DNA of 54,808 nt, the filler included, from Sluysia triapertura (taxonomy: Eukaryota), in NCBI GenBank assembly GCA_046118255.1. It is 4 parts of 4 records of this genome, joined end to end, with 100 filler letters (N's around TTAATTAATTAA, not from the genome) between each part and the next. Parts side by side here need not be neighbours in the genome. Positions count along the whole stretch, not along the records: positions 11,704 to 26,409 come from JBJNIA010251309.1; positions 26,510 to 40,200 come from JBJNIA010024842.1; 2 more parts are not named here. One strand, written 5' to 3'. The notes under the pieces were generated by a model. That model was not told where the DNA came from and made no database searches. It saw nothing but the letters and a program-made list of their open reading frames with translations. The first letter of the stretch is position 1. Each line of letters starts with the position of its first letter. Below, one piece after another: positions 25,900 to 40,300 of the stretch. Both the position numbers and the translations under genes were made by a program.

Positions 25900-26409
25900 C
25901 ATTGAACCCCATTTTCATTGCATAGACCCTCAATTTTTTCGCTCACATAGACCACTTTGGGAATCACTGGTTTAAATGATTCTGCACAAATATCCGACTA
26001 TAATGTAAGCCAAAAAAAAATGAATGACTTTAGAATATGTAACCATCTTGAAGATGAGATTTTTTCGTTTTATTATTAAAAACATGTTTAGGTATATTTA
26101 GTTAAAATGAGTGATGATCAACGCAATATTAAATTTAAAACATTAAATTTATTTATATAAATTACCAAATATTAATACTTGCGGATTGCTACCTCTTTTT
26201 GAATACATATTTTTTTTGGTTTTAATTATATTAAAATGTATTATAAAATAATTAACATTCATAATTTCAAAAAAATATTAGATATACGCAAAAGTTAGAT
26301 TTAGAGCAGTGATTCTCAGCCTTTTTTGTTGGGACACTATTTTAAAGATTTCAAAATTTGGCGGCACAGTTTAAAAATTATTTAATTAAATGTGCAAAAT
26401 AAAGTAATA
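25900..26409. mobile_element. Two outward-facing hAT (Charlie-like) termini
   Basis: ...TTTGGGAATCACTG ends at about 25969 and CAGTGATTCTCAGCC starts at 26307 and runs into the spacer; CAGTG.TTC.C is a typical hAT/Charlie end. Confidence 0.55.
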
Positions 26410-27782
26410 NNNNNNNNNNNNNNNNNNNNNNNNNNNNNNNNNNNNNNNNNNNNTTAATTAATTAANNNNNNNNNNNNNNNNNNNNNNNNNNNNNNNNNNN
26501 NNNNNNNNNATTGTTTACGAATTAAAAATAAAATTTATTTAATATTTATTAGAAATTTAATTTAGAATAAAATACAAAAATAATATTGTAAAAATAATAT
26601 GCCATTTCTAAACTTGTATTATTTACTAGATATTAATAGCACTAATATTTACAATTATATTATTGAGTTATTGCTCTTAATTTTAATTAAAGACGTAATT
26701 TTTGGGTTGAATAAAAATCATTAGTAAAATAATAAAATTTGTGATAATTTATATTTGATATAGTGAGAAATGAAATTATTCAGATGTTATTTAAGTAAAT
26801 TAAACTGTTATTAATTCATTGTTATTAATAACATTAAAGACGCAACATATTCATTCATAGACACTTGATTTAAATTTTATTTTCTTGATGAAGAAAATAC
26901 TACAGGCGACCAGTCGATCAATCCTATGTTTGTTGCAATAGGCAAACCTATTTGTTAGGTGACATACATTATTTTGAATTGAAACACCAACAATAATAAT
27001 ATTTATTTGATATATTTAACTTTTTTTCGTGATAATTAATGTTTCCGTTTTAATTTATAAATTGTATTAATTGTGATGCAGAAAATATAATTGAAATTAA
27101 ATCATATTTTGCTTTTCTGAGTTTTGAATTTAAAGATAAAGAATTAAATTAAATTGTTTAGTACACGCAACACGCAATGAATAATTTATAATTCTAAAAC
27201 ATCAGATTTAGTACAACTACATTCAAATCTGAGTTTTCGATTACCTCCCCAAACCAGTTTATGTTAAATTCATAGTATAGTTAAATCCAGAATTTCGAAA
27301 TACATCCGTCTTTGATCTTATTTTTGGAAATACTATCTAGTGCTTTTTGTTCATTAATTATAACGCCCAGACAATCATGAATTAAAATATGCATTATGGT
27401 ATTGCGTTTGATCATTTGAAATTTATAGAAACACACTTTAATCATAATTGATATAAATTAAATGTATTTCTAAGTCATTTAATAAAGTTTTGGAAGTTAT
27501 TTTTAATTAGAAGAAATAACCTAAAATTAAATCGAAAAAGCACAATGAATAAATGTAACACACTTTATAAATATTTATACAAATAAAGTATGTTAATACA
27601 TAAATTAAAATGAAGTTTCTTTTACTATGATCGAAATTTTTAAAATGAGAATTTAATTAATTAATTTTACTTCGGCAATTTTTTTGTTTAAACATGTCGC
27701 AAAAATTATTTAAATGTTAGTGATTTTATGAAAGCTTTACAAATACTTCAATATTATTTTTAAAATTATTTTATTATTTGGC

Positions 27783-30700
27783 ATGCTTAAGCTATACATA
27801 TCATTGATTGTTTTTGTGATTTTATCTTTTCAAATTTTGCCATTATTGTCATCATCATCTCATATTAATCATGATACTTCAAATACTTCAAAATTTTATA
27901 ATCCTTTTGCTGAAGTTCATGTAGACAGTCATTTAATATATGTAATCAGTGCTTGCTATGTTATTATTTTTGTATTTATTCGTTTAGGTAATATTATTTG
28001 TTTTATTACAATAATTTTATAGGAGCAGAAGCAGAGTTTAATTACTGTCTGCTTGTATGTTACAAAAATTGTTCATATAAAAGAGTATTACAAAAGAAAA
28101 AATCGTGTTGTCCAAAGATTTGCTTAAGTCATCGAATATGTTTGGGTGATATTTTTCCAGAAAGTACGTTTTTGGTAACAGTTGGTATTATTGTAGCTGG
28201 TCTAATGCAATGGTTGTGTTAGTTAATTTTATTTATAATGCAAAGGCTTTCTATATGAATATTTTACTGTTAAATATTTGCTTTGTGTATCTTTATTAAA
28301 AATTAAAACTTTGGAAATATTACTGAAAATTATGATTGAATTATGCATAAAAAAGTTCTTCAACACTTGCAAAAAAACAAAAAATAACTATTACTCTTCA
28401 AAAACTATGTTCAGTACATGGCTGATCTTTGAGATTAATTTCAACGGAATTAAATCTTTGTAATATCGGAACATTCTGGTCGAAAATGAGCTTTCAACAA
28501 TAGCAAGTCAAGTCGCAATTTAAATTCAATCTGTAATCTAAAAATTTTCGGATAACAGTAAATTCAAAAAATTTATGCATAAAAACGCGAAAACGTTCGA
28601 ATATGATCGAGTAGATTTAAATGACATTGCCGACGATTAGAAGTATAGTGCAAAGATTGAATTTACTAATATTCCACAAGAGTGAACATTTTCAACATAT
28701 TTCGTAATATTTGATTCTTGCAACAATATCGGAGTTATTGAAGAATAAAATAAATGTCCTTTTTCTAATACATCGATTTTAAATTATTTGCCAAAGATTC
28801 ATAAAAGTAAAATATAATAGGAATGAATTTAACAATATAAATTTTTTTATATTTTTATGTGAATATAAACTGTTGTTCATAAAGTGTATGAGCCTCCGAT
28901 CAAAATAAATTTCAATCTGATAAAAGCAAAAAGTTTAATTTAATATTCTATAGCATTTTGTAGTGTAATTCAAATTATCTTTATATTGCTAAGTAGGGAT
29001 AGAGTACGATAGATTACAACAGATTTTGCAAGTAATGATATTAAATGTCTGTTAAATACATCAATTCATAACTATGAATATTATGCTAATTTGTTCATAC
29101 AGATGAGTAGTTAAATTTCAGGCATTATATTCTTAATTGTAATAAATCATCTTTTTCTCATCAAAAATGATCTTTGCTAATTTTAAAACAGTAATTTAAA
29201 CGGAGTTTAGTATTGTCTTTTATTTTCAATGTGTTTAAACATTTATTTGCTGTTTATCAATATTTAATGATTTTATATCGCTAGAGTTTGATATGGATAT
29301 TTTTATCTAGTGAAATTTCACATTTTTCAATTTCAATTCGTTTTAGTGCTAATATATTGTTAATTTTATCAACTTTTATCAACAAAATATTGAAAGAAAA
29401 TTTTAAACTAATCTTTTCTTATTTTAAATAAGAAAGAATTGCCAAAAAACACATTTTGACAAGTGCTAAATCAAATATGAAAAATCATTTTTGTGATATC
29501 AACAAATTATAATGCAATAAATTATAATCAATTTTTATTTTATCGTTTAATATTTATATTTAATGAATTTATACGATCTGGACACGCTATAGAACTAAAA
29601 ATAAGGAAAACTTTATTGTGTATGTTATCGATTGTTAAGATATAGGTTTTCTTTATCGAAGATGTTTTTCGGTGCTACAACAATAAATGACCTTTAATAA
29701 TTTTAATAATAGTGCTGAGATCTTTGAAGAATTTCTTTATACACAGTTTCACATAGAGTTACCTATGTATGTTTTAGTATTATTATCATTAATATAATTA
29801 TATTTAAGAAAATGAGATTTTTATTTAAATTCAGTAACTTCGAGTGAAGATCCTTATATTCTTCATCCGGATGCTGTATTTAACATCCTCCTAATACCAA
29901 TAATTATGAGTGCGGCTTGGATGACTGATAAGGAAGTATTTTATCGCAATATCGGTACCATACTTTGGTTTGCTATTCTGGGTACTATTGTTAATGCTGC
30001 TATTTTGATGCCATTGTTGTATTATGGCAGTAAAAATCGTTGGGGTATCTATAGTAACATATCAATGAGTGAAGTTGATTCCGGCATGTATTCGATATTG
30101 ATTTGTGCTGTAGATCCTGTGGCAGTGTTATCGGTTTTTGAAGCAATGCATATTGATAAAACAGTTTATAATGTTGTATTTGGCGAATCGTTGCTGAATG
30201 ATGGTGTGGCTGTTGTAAGTTTTTCAATTATTTTCTCTACTTTGTAACCCTATTGGGTTTATTGAAAAGATTAAATGTATGAAATAAAAAATGTATACAA
30301 TTTATAATAAAAATAAGTTGTTAGGTTGGTTTATTAGACTGAATGCGAAGCGAGAGGTTCTAGTTTCGAATTCATGTTAGTCTATTTTAAGAAATATAAC
30401 GTCATCACTATTTATGGGTATTTTTGTACAAACTTTTGAAAATGGAATATCTGCAAAAATTAAATATTATGCTTAGAATGAAAATGATCAAAAATAAAAT
30501 GAATATAGACACAATAAAACTTGTTTTGATTATTGACTTGGGAAAAATAAACAAAAGAAAAAAAATGTTAAACATGTTACAAATATTATGGATTAAAATA
30601 TTACGTAACACTTATTTATAAATAAGGTGTGTAGTTATAACTATTATCCTCAATCGTACTTAAATTATGTTCTTTATCACTAAGCAATTTTCGGTTAATT

Positions 30701-32837
30701 TTATCTTTTTAATGCTTCGTCCTTGTTTTATTTTTTCTTCTAAAACTTTGACAATTGTTGTGAAACTGCTTTTTCAATTTATTTTGGTAAGAATGTTATT
30801 TAAAATAATGAATCACCATAATTAAATAATACAATGTATGCTTTTTTTTCTTGAAGGAAAAAAATAATGAATCATTAATAATTTTCAATAAAACCTAAAT
30901 AATTTCCCAAATTAAATTATTTTTAGTTGCAATGTGGTTAACAGAACTAATTTTTTGATATTTTCGATAATCTTTAACAAATCGTCCTCATTAATTATCT
31001 TAAATTCAACATAATTTATGCTTTTCTTTTGGATTTATAATATAATATCTGATTGATTCATGTAGTATGTTATTATATATTAATTTATATTACTCTCATG
31101 TCTACTCCAAAGTAAGTACTCAAAAACGCTTAAAATAAATTATTGTAATAGTTCTTTTTCGTAAATATTTCATAATCTTCCAGTAATTTGACATTCTCTG
31201 GTAACTGGTTGTATATTTTTGAAACATAAACGGTATACAACCTATCCCCTAGCTTGTTATCACTGTGTATTCTGTATAGATAGTTAAGTCTTGATGAAAT
31301 ATTCATCTTAGTTTCCTGAACTCACGTCAACTGTATAAATGTGTTAATAAGATAACTCACTAACTTAATGTATTTGAAAAATTTATCATTTATTCAAAGT
31401 CTTTATTCAACTCTTCAGTGTCAATTTTTCATCCGTTTTTATATTTAATCTTTTTGTACCAATTAAAATTTTTTAATCTTCAATTATACTTTAAAAGTAA
31501 ATAAATAATGATCGGATGTATTAGTAATAATATTACTATCAACAATGAATATATTTTTTACTTGTACTATATTCTTCATTTATTTAACATCTTATAAATC
31601 CTTTCGGTACGGACGACACATATGTGCGTCTTAGCAATTATCTTTAAAAAATGAACTATTTTATCAATAAAATGTTGTTTATAATCAATATCAATTTCAT
31701 TTGTCGTCCTATATTCTATATCCACATTTTACATCAGAACTTTAATCTAGAAGAAAATGTATTGTATACAGCCACACGAATATAAGAGAAAAAATAAGAA
31801 AAGATACATTTCAATGCAACGTTTTCATAACTTAAATAAAATATTTTATTGAAAAATTTTTCTTTAAAAAAGCCCGTCCAAAAAGGATTAAATCCTCTTT
31901 GATTTTGTCCAAAATAATCAAATATTTATATAAAAATTCTTTGATTGAACTTCTTGGTGATTTAATAATGAAGATACTTAATTCTAAATGTGTAAATGAA
32001 TTATATTTAACTGAAACAGTGTCAAATAATTTAGCACCTATTTGATTCTTTAATATAACATGATTTCTTTTTGTTAACATTATGTAAAATTAAGTAATTG
32101 CTTAAATAAATGAATTAATCATTATTGATAAATGTTATTTTCATGCATAGTGTCAATAATTCCTTAATTCTTTTATTTTGAATACCAGATTTACTATAAT
32201 CATTGTTGTTAGACTTTTTGTATTAGTATTTGTATTTGTACCCTCATTGTGGACTGCCGCCTAACAGTGAAGTGAGTATTTATTTTAAGAGCGGAACAAG
32301 TATTATAGTCGATTCACAGCTAAGAAAACTTGATTTAAGCAAAGATTGACGCGTGATAGGCATGCGTTAGATATAATTTGCCGCTTAAATATAAAATTTT
32401 TACCTGCAATGTCGTGTCCCCACTATTCATGTAATCAGCGCTTGTGTTTGTTTATATCTAGTTTTTCTTGACTAGATATAGTGATAGTGAAGTAAATGTG
32501 AGTTTTTTCTCATATCTTCCAAATTTCGCTCGTTATGCAATCTAGTTGGGTCTTTTAGGCTAGCTGCTCAGTGTTGCCTTTATTGTAACCATGTGTGTAT
32601 CGGGATATCCCGATTTTTTATCATGTAAACATTCATTCAAATTTGCAGAAATGTTGCTTTCGTATATTGATACTTATTTTTATATTTCATCTTTCAATTG
32701 TACTTTAGGTTTCTTAATAATCGGTGTTTTATTTCTACATATTTTGTTTTATTAATTGTTACTTTAAGATGCTGCTTCATATTTTTGTAGATGGTTATTG
32801 GTTTTGAATTTATTTTTTGGTTAAAGTTTTACATATG

Positions 32838-32874
<37 letters not shown>

Positions 32875-35800
32875 TTCTTTTGGAACCACATTATTCTTGT
32901 TATATTCGCTTATCAGTGTGTGAGGTTCGTTGTGGGGTCTAAGAAAACTTCGAATTTCAGTTATGCGCATTTGCGATAAAATAAATTTATCATGATTGAA
33001 TGGAGTTACCTCCAGCAAAACTGTATTCAACAATCTCTTATTTTTATTTCACTTTTTTCTGCAAAGTAAATGTGTTTGCCGGAAGTCCTTAAGTTGCAAT
33101 ACTATATCATAAATGGTTATGAACAAGTTTATTCCGGTATTCGATTTTTTGAAGTATTCTGAGTGCATGGCGCTTATTAAAACTTCATCATCGCACAGCC
33201 TAAACTATTTAAAATCGTGTAATCCTCTAAGTATGGATAGTCATTAAAATTACAAAATTGAGGATCGATTTGATATATAGAGATATAATAGAGGCACCAA
33301 ACACTTTCACTATTTGTTTGTTTTTTTATAAATTTTAATATACTTCTTAATTGGCACGTTTTAGGTCAATATTTCAACATATCTTTCCTTATTAAATTAT
33401 GTTATTGCTTTGATCAAAAATGTGATTAGTCTCGCCATACAATTTATCTTTAAAATTAATTTTACATTTTTTCTGAATTGGCGTTTTATGTTTATGCATG
33501 AAAATAATAGATAATCAATTTCATTTTAGTTTAAATTTAAAATTAATTAATGAATTACTATTATTAATTCGAATTACTATTATTAATTCGAATTACTATT
33601 ATTAATTTTTAAAACATGTCATTAACATTGTTATGTAATATTTTAACAAATAATATATCGTATTATTGTTACTGCCGTTTTATTAATACTATATAAACAT
33701 ACAATACTATATAAACATATAAATATATATATATAGTGTTTATTTAAAATTTATTTATTTTAAAATTTAACTCTTTTGTAATTTATGTTTCCTCTAATTT
33801 TTTGCACTATTTTAGATAATAGATGCGGAAATAAATCAAAATTTAAATGAGTTACAAAAAGGTTATTTGGAGAACTTTACAGGCAAGTGAGGAGAGGATT
33901 AAACACTATTGTTCTCATTTTTATTGCAAATTTCGAGAATGCCTACTGTCATCTAAGAGCATTATCGAGAAAAAAAGTAACATCACCTCACATCTTATAT
34001 TAAATAATGAGAAAAAAATGGGTAGTTTAAGATTAATGATTATAACTTTGAATCAAGTTATAGATTCTGTGATATTCTGTGAACATTCATAGTATTCGCG
34101 GAAAAACCTTAAGTTTTGAATTAAACTAAATGTTGAAAAAATCATTAAGTAATGGTTATTATGGTAAACATGAGACGCCTAAAATAGCAGTCATAGTCTT
34201 TCAGCAAGATTATATTTTCCTAGAAAGTTAAAATAGTATAGAAATGTGTGGAAAACATTTATAAGATAGGTTTCATTTTCTTGTCTTTTTCAATTGCTAC
34301 ATTTTTCGACTAAGATTTCGTTTTTCAAAGTGAATAGGACCAGAATCTTCTAAATATTATTCGTAACTATTGTTCATCTTTCTTCGAATATCTTCGCATG
34401 TCATCAACATAAATTGCTAAATCTATTTAATTTGACATTAAAATAAATGTAAATATTGTATTTGTACTTTAAATTGATACTTTAAGTAGCTGATACTGAT
34501 AAGCATTTGATCCTTATAAATAAGTTAGTGTTTCAATCTTGTTTAAAAAATTTATTACAAATTTATCTCCAGTATTCAGTTTTTTAGCCTAATAATAAAC
34601 TTGCAGCTAATGGTTCATGTCTTTGTTAATACTTATAGTCTGGTAGTAATGAATATAGAAAGTCTGTAAATGACAAATGGTATTTATTGGAGATCATACA
34701 AAATATCTCCGTCAATATTTTTACCATTGCGATTAATGAATAAGATATCTATCCTAAAACACCCTATATACATCTTTTTCACATCTATGTTAAGAAATTT
34801 ATTTAAGTTCTCTAATAATAGAATATTAATAAATGTTTCACTAATATAATTATTTCTATATATTATATCAATAAATGGATTTTTAAAAATATCGTCATCG
34901 TGGATATAATATTCATCAATATTATTTATTTATTAAAAATAGACATGTGCAATTCAAAATCTTTATAATTTAAATTATCCAAATATTTTGTTTAATTACT
35001 AGGGTTTTTATATACGAATTCATATTTTAAAATTGATAATATTGAATATGAAAACATAAATTATCATGTTTGAACGTACTTGGTGTCTTAATATAATACT
35101 AACTACTTAAAAATGTTAAGTCCAAAAATTTGGTTTACAAGACAACAGCTACCTTTTACTTTTTCATTTATTGAATCATTAAAATATTTATATCGCATGC
35201 TTTAATTTCACCATCTTTACTAATTAGAATAAGAAAATGTTTACCATAGCTATCTTTGTTTTCGATATAATACAACTTTTGGAAGTTAAAGTACAAGACT
35301 TCTAATAAACTACTCCAATTTACAATACTGGTGAACATAATTTTATTTTCATTTTCGAATTTATCATTTCACTTATGGTACTTCTAAAATATATTTCATA
35401 CGAATCAGAAAATAAATCTTCATGATTGTTAGCAATACCAACATCTGTGATAGATATTTCAAGTGAAAAGAATTTGAATCAGATTGAAAATAATGGAAAT
35501 TTGATTGGCTGAATTTTACATTTTGATTAAAATTATAATCAAACATTTCAATTGACATATTGGATTTACTAGGAGCTAACAGTATTGTAAAATTATGACT
35601 AAAATTAATAATAATTTGAAAATATTTAATTTTGTTTTTTTTAAAGTATTCATAAAGTAATAAAAAATAATGTGCAGTAACTAATAACATTTTTTTAATA
35701 TCGTGTAATTTTTAATTATAAAAATTTTAATTAAGTTGCTCAAATGAAATCTGAAGTGGCAGCTACTGTAGCCTATAATAATTAAAATAATTATAAATTT

Positions 35801-37869
35801 TTATAATTAAAATTTTATTGAATATTTATTATTATTAATTGAAAATTAGATGAATATATTTTTAAAATGAAAGTTTTTAAAATGTAGTAGATTTAATATA
35901 AGCTGATGTTTAAAAGGTAAATGATTTATCTTAAGTTCTCTTTCAGATGATTGTTTTTATCTAAAGCTGTGATATTTTGAGGTATAGAATGATATTGAAT
36001 AATATAAAGTAAAAGGTTGTATGAAAATAAAAATGATCTTTTCTATAATATGATTTATATGATAAAATTGTAATTATGAAGTGAATCACCACAAAATGTT
36101 GATTATGCTACGGATTTATATGGAATTAAATTATTAGCATATGTTTTATAATTGTTGATTTTTATAACTTTTGTGGTTGCCTACTTTTGCATTTTTAAAA
36201 TTTATGATTTCATACTCTTGCACTATGATACTTTTATGATTACTTGCACTCATATTAAAATATTTGTGTGGTTATTGCTTTCATAGTCTGACAGATTGGA
36301 TATAATTATTTTTGGTGTTTCGATCATCTTAAGTTAATTTTCAATGTTTATAGTTTACCCATTTTTCGACCTATATTATGATTAACTATTCGTTTTTTCC
36401 TTGTAGTAATTTTATACTTTTTAAATTTATTTGTTTGTATAGAGTGAATGCAATTATAAAAATGCTGATAAGTTTAAAATGATTTTTAAGGGACTGCTCT
36501 ACAGAATTAGATAACCTAATCAATGCATTTAGGAAATCGAAACACAAATATATGAAATATGCTAAAAACATATTAAATGCATTTTTAAAAAAATATAAGT
36601 CAAGTGATGATTAAAAACCCCGACAAATTAATTTTGTACTCTTTTATTAGAAATAAGAAATGGCGAAACCTTACTGAATGAAATACCAAACAAATTCAAC
36701 ATATCAAATTTAATTCCAGAACACCCTTATGTAAAAGTTAATGAATGTGTCACAAGAACGATTGTAAATATTCTGCTTGTAATAATAATTATTATTATTA
36801 CTATACATTATTTTATATTGAGCTCTTATCCACTGCAAAATAACTACTCAAAAGCGCTTAAAATAAATCATTCACCATAATATTTCTGAAACAGAAAAAC
36901 TTTGCCTTTTTTTAAATATTTCATAATCTTCTAGTAATTTGTTGGTAGTATATTTTTGAAACATAAACGGTATACAACCTATCACACCTAAACTTATTAT
37001 CACTGTGGATTCTATATAGATTATTATGTCTCAATAAAATATTCATCTTGGTTTCCAAATTTTTTATTTCTAAGAGACATTCAGGACTTCCGTAATGTAA
37101 GGATTTGCAAATTATTGTCATAATTTGGATTTATTGTATATTAGTATCGGAATTATTATATGAATAAAGATAAAAATAGTGTGAATGCACCAGTTTAGTA
37201 CATATTAGACAAGTACGATTGCTAATTTATATATTTAGTATTTTATGTGTACTAATATATTGTTATTCAGAATAATATTTATTTATTTAGGGATATGTGT
37301 ATAAATAATCTAAATAATCTAAATAAATAATAACTCCCTCTATTGTTAATTAAAAAACCATTTCCAATTAACTAGTAACAAAACATAAGCACAACAATCA
37401 ATTAACCAGATTCCCTTAAACTTGTGTCCGCACTAAACTAGTCAATAACATGTTCTAGTAAGCTAAAATAAGCCATATGTTCGAGCTAAACCATTAGTAA
37501 ACCAAATTAAAAGAACCGCTTTGTTCGACATCAAACTATTATTATTATTATTAAATTTTATTTTTATTATAGCTTAATTTATAAAATTTATTTAATTTTG
37601 CTTTGTCATTTACAGGTATTTTATAAAGCTTTTGTGGAATTGAAATCAATGAGTAATATAATGTTTTATGAAAGTATTGGAATAGTGTTTTGTTTCTTTG
37701 TTTATGCTTTCGGTATATCTGTGATACTTGGAACAATAATGGCATTTATTATCAGTTTTGTAACGAAAATATTTTATCACCTGCAACCAGTACAATTTGT
37801 AGTTATATTATCAATGAATTATCTTACTTATTTAATTGGTGATTTGATTAAAGGCTCTGGAATTATTGC
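27783..37869 (+). CDS. Na+/H+ exchanger (SLC9A/NHE family), 5' part only: 4 exons seen, 3' exons absent before the spacer at 40201
   Basis: Exons 27783-27987, 28023-28217, 29835-30214 and 37616-37869 join in frame. Signal-peptide-like N-terminus; FPES..L.VG; F.NIGTILWFAILGT; AVDPVAVLSVFE; VFGESLLNDGVAVV; YLIGDLIKGSGIIA. Confidence 0.92.
30319..30400 (+). repeat. Degenerate copy of the tRNA-like element
   Basis: TGTTAG...GAATGCGAAGCGAGAGGTTCTAGTTTCGAATTCATGTTAGTCTATTTT aligns by eye with 49381-49485. Confidence 0.55.
31115..31316. repeat. Intronic duplication, paired with about 36843-37057
   Basis: Shared TACTCAAAA.CGCTTAAAATAAAT and TATATTTTTGAAACATAAACGGTATACAACCTATC. Confidence 0.85.
33552..33607. 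repeat. 19-bp tandem repeat x3
   Basis: GAATTACTATTATTAATTC repeated three times. Confidence 0.9.
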
Positions 37870-38737
37870 GTTAGTTTTACCTTGTTAGTTATCATCACTA
37901 AACTGTTTAAGTGTTTAGAAGAAATACAATAATTTAATATTTTTAACATAGAAAATAATAATCCTCCAATAACAAATGAAATAATTCTAATATGCTAAAT
38001 TATTGATTTATCTATTTTGTGTAGCTAAACTTTAAAATAATAAGACGATTTTACGAAATTAACTATAAATATAACTAAGAATTGAGGAACTTTTTGGACT
38101 GTTTGTTATCAGAAAAAAATACTGTGTATTTTTCAATGTAAAAAACAATAATTAAAACACAATTTATTATTGATAATTTATTAGCGATTTTTGGTAACTT
38201 ATTTACAATCAATAAACTATTTATAAGTTAGATAAGAGATACTGCATTGAATACAATATCCAAAAATAAAATCAACAATAAAATCCATCAACACAATCAT
38301 GTTTGTTCCAGATATAATTTCGGAATAGATTTTAATTAATTGATTTTTTATTTTCTCGAGTAAAGTAAAAGGTTTTGTAAAATTTCGCACATCCATCTAT
38401 GACAGCAAAGACAAGTTTATAAAGACACGACTTTATGTAGCAATAATTTATATTGAGAAGTAAAATAATTTGATATTATTTGAGTTTTATAAGTTTTATG
38501 AGCGATTTTAGGTGAAAAGGAATTATTAATTATTGACAAACTTAAACTAATTTCGAATAAAGCAATAAGCTAAATTTTATTACAATATATGAGATAAATT
38601 TTTAATGCACTTAAATAAAACTTGTATAATTAATTTTAATAAACTAAAATTCGAGAAACAACTTATTAGTATTAGTGTTCTTAGTAGTTTCAAAGGAACC
38701 GTTACGAAAAAATGTCTTAAACATGGCCTTAAATTAA

Positions 38738-38884
38738 TCACTTAACAGTGGGATTTTTTTAGAAAAGGGTTATTTTTATTTGACTGCCTTTATTAATACA
38801 ATTAATTAATTACAAGAAATTTACTCTATTTACAAGTTAAAACAAAACTTGCCCGAATGAGACTCGGCCAAAACTGTCAAGTGG
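38738..38884. mobile_element. piggyBac-like MITE related to the 22732 element
   Basis: TTAA-TCACTTAACAGT ... ACTGTCAAGTGG-TTAA; subterminal GCCCGAATGAGACTCGGC. Confidence 0.7.
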
Positions 38885-40069
38885 TTAAAAAACAAAAATA
38901 GCATGTAAAATGAAAAATGGAAGCACTGTGGGATTGAAGAAACATAATTTTAATAAAATGGAACTGAAAAAACTATTGCCAAACCAATATCATAAGGAAA
39001 AATTAATTAACATATTTATAAGAAATTGGACTTATTATTACAAAAATGCATATATATAATCATTTATACGATTTTATATATAGAAAGAAATATATAATAG
39101 AAATTAACTTTGGAGAAAATTTATATTGGATAAAATTCAAAAATTTTTTGGCTGTATAATGTGATCGGTAGAAAATACTATATAAAAGTAGTAAAATTAT
39201 TTATTAATTTTATTTGATCATCTTTATTCATATAATTTTAATTTATTACAAAATTATAAACTGATTATAGATTATTGTGAATACTTTAACTCGTCTTTTG
39301 ATTGGCAAAGATGATGGTGCTAAATTCAATGTGAGATTGAGAGTCTAGTATTCCCGCAAAAAATTTAAATCAAGCTTTTATAAAGTATTTATTTACTAAA
39401 TAATACTTAAACAAAGATGAATAAAAATTGTCACATTTAAGAACATACAGTCTTATCTCAATATAATACCAACTTTATATATTGTCACCGATCAATATTT
39501 TTATTATTGCCAAAAAAGTTATACAAAATTTAGTAATTTTATAATATTAATATATTAAATTTTGTTTTTAAGTGTAACAGGCCAATATTTAAAGATGACA
39601 ATAAATTGTGAACATTAATTTTATTGTAATCAAATTAATGTTTGTTATACTGCACTTACTCGATGTATAATTCAGAAATCGTTGTTCAAGAATATTTTTA
39701 ATAAAGTTGTATAATTTTATTTGAAATATCCTTAATTTAAAATCATTTTTAACATCATGTATAGTATTCAAAATCTATTTAAAATATTTTTAATTTAAAT
39801 TGCTTTCTACAATATTTACAATATTTATGGGGTGATTAGATAATAATAAATTAAAGAGTACATTTCTGCTAATATTGCATTTATGTTAGAGAAATACGAT
39901 ATTATTTTATTTCTGATTATTGGCAATAAATGAATTAAAAATGAAAATTTAAGAAAAAAATTAAAAATAAGACAAAATAATGCGTATTATATAAAATGTT
40001 TTAATGCATCTTTGTGTGTCAAGTGTTAGATTTGTTTATTGAGTATAGAAAATTAAAATTCTGACTTAA

Positions 40070-40127
40070 CCCTTTGACTACCAATGGGACGATGGGTCCC
40101 ACAGAAACTATGTTCTACATCAATGGG
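40070..40127. mobile_element. 58-bp piggyBac-like micro-element
   Basis: TTAA-CCCTTTGA ... TCAATGGG-TTAA with internal hairpin TGGGAC...GTCCCA. Confidence 0.6.
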
Positions 40128-40300
40128 TTAAAAGTAGCTTTAAACAGCCTAACAGATCGTCCCAATGGTTGTGTAGTGTTTATTGAATGACGTGAAATCA
40201 NNNNNNNNNNNNNNNNNNNNNNNNNNNNNNNNNNNNNNNNNNNNTTAATTAATTAANNNNNNNNNNNNNNNNNNNNNNNNNNNNNNNNNNNNNNNNNNNN

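Noticed and set aside
28440-28700. Possible Tc1/mariner transposase traces (HSGRK; H..RRL)
   Set aside because: Too degenerate; no catalytic motif or TIR seen.
32200-33250. Possible gag zinc-knuckle relic on the minus strand
   Set aside because: Cys/His residues are not preserved, so it cannot be supported.
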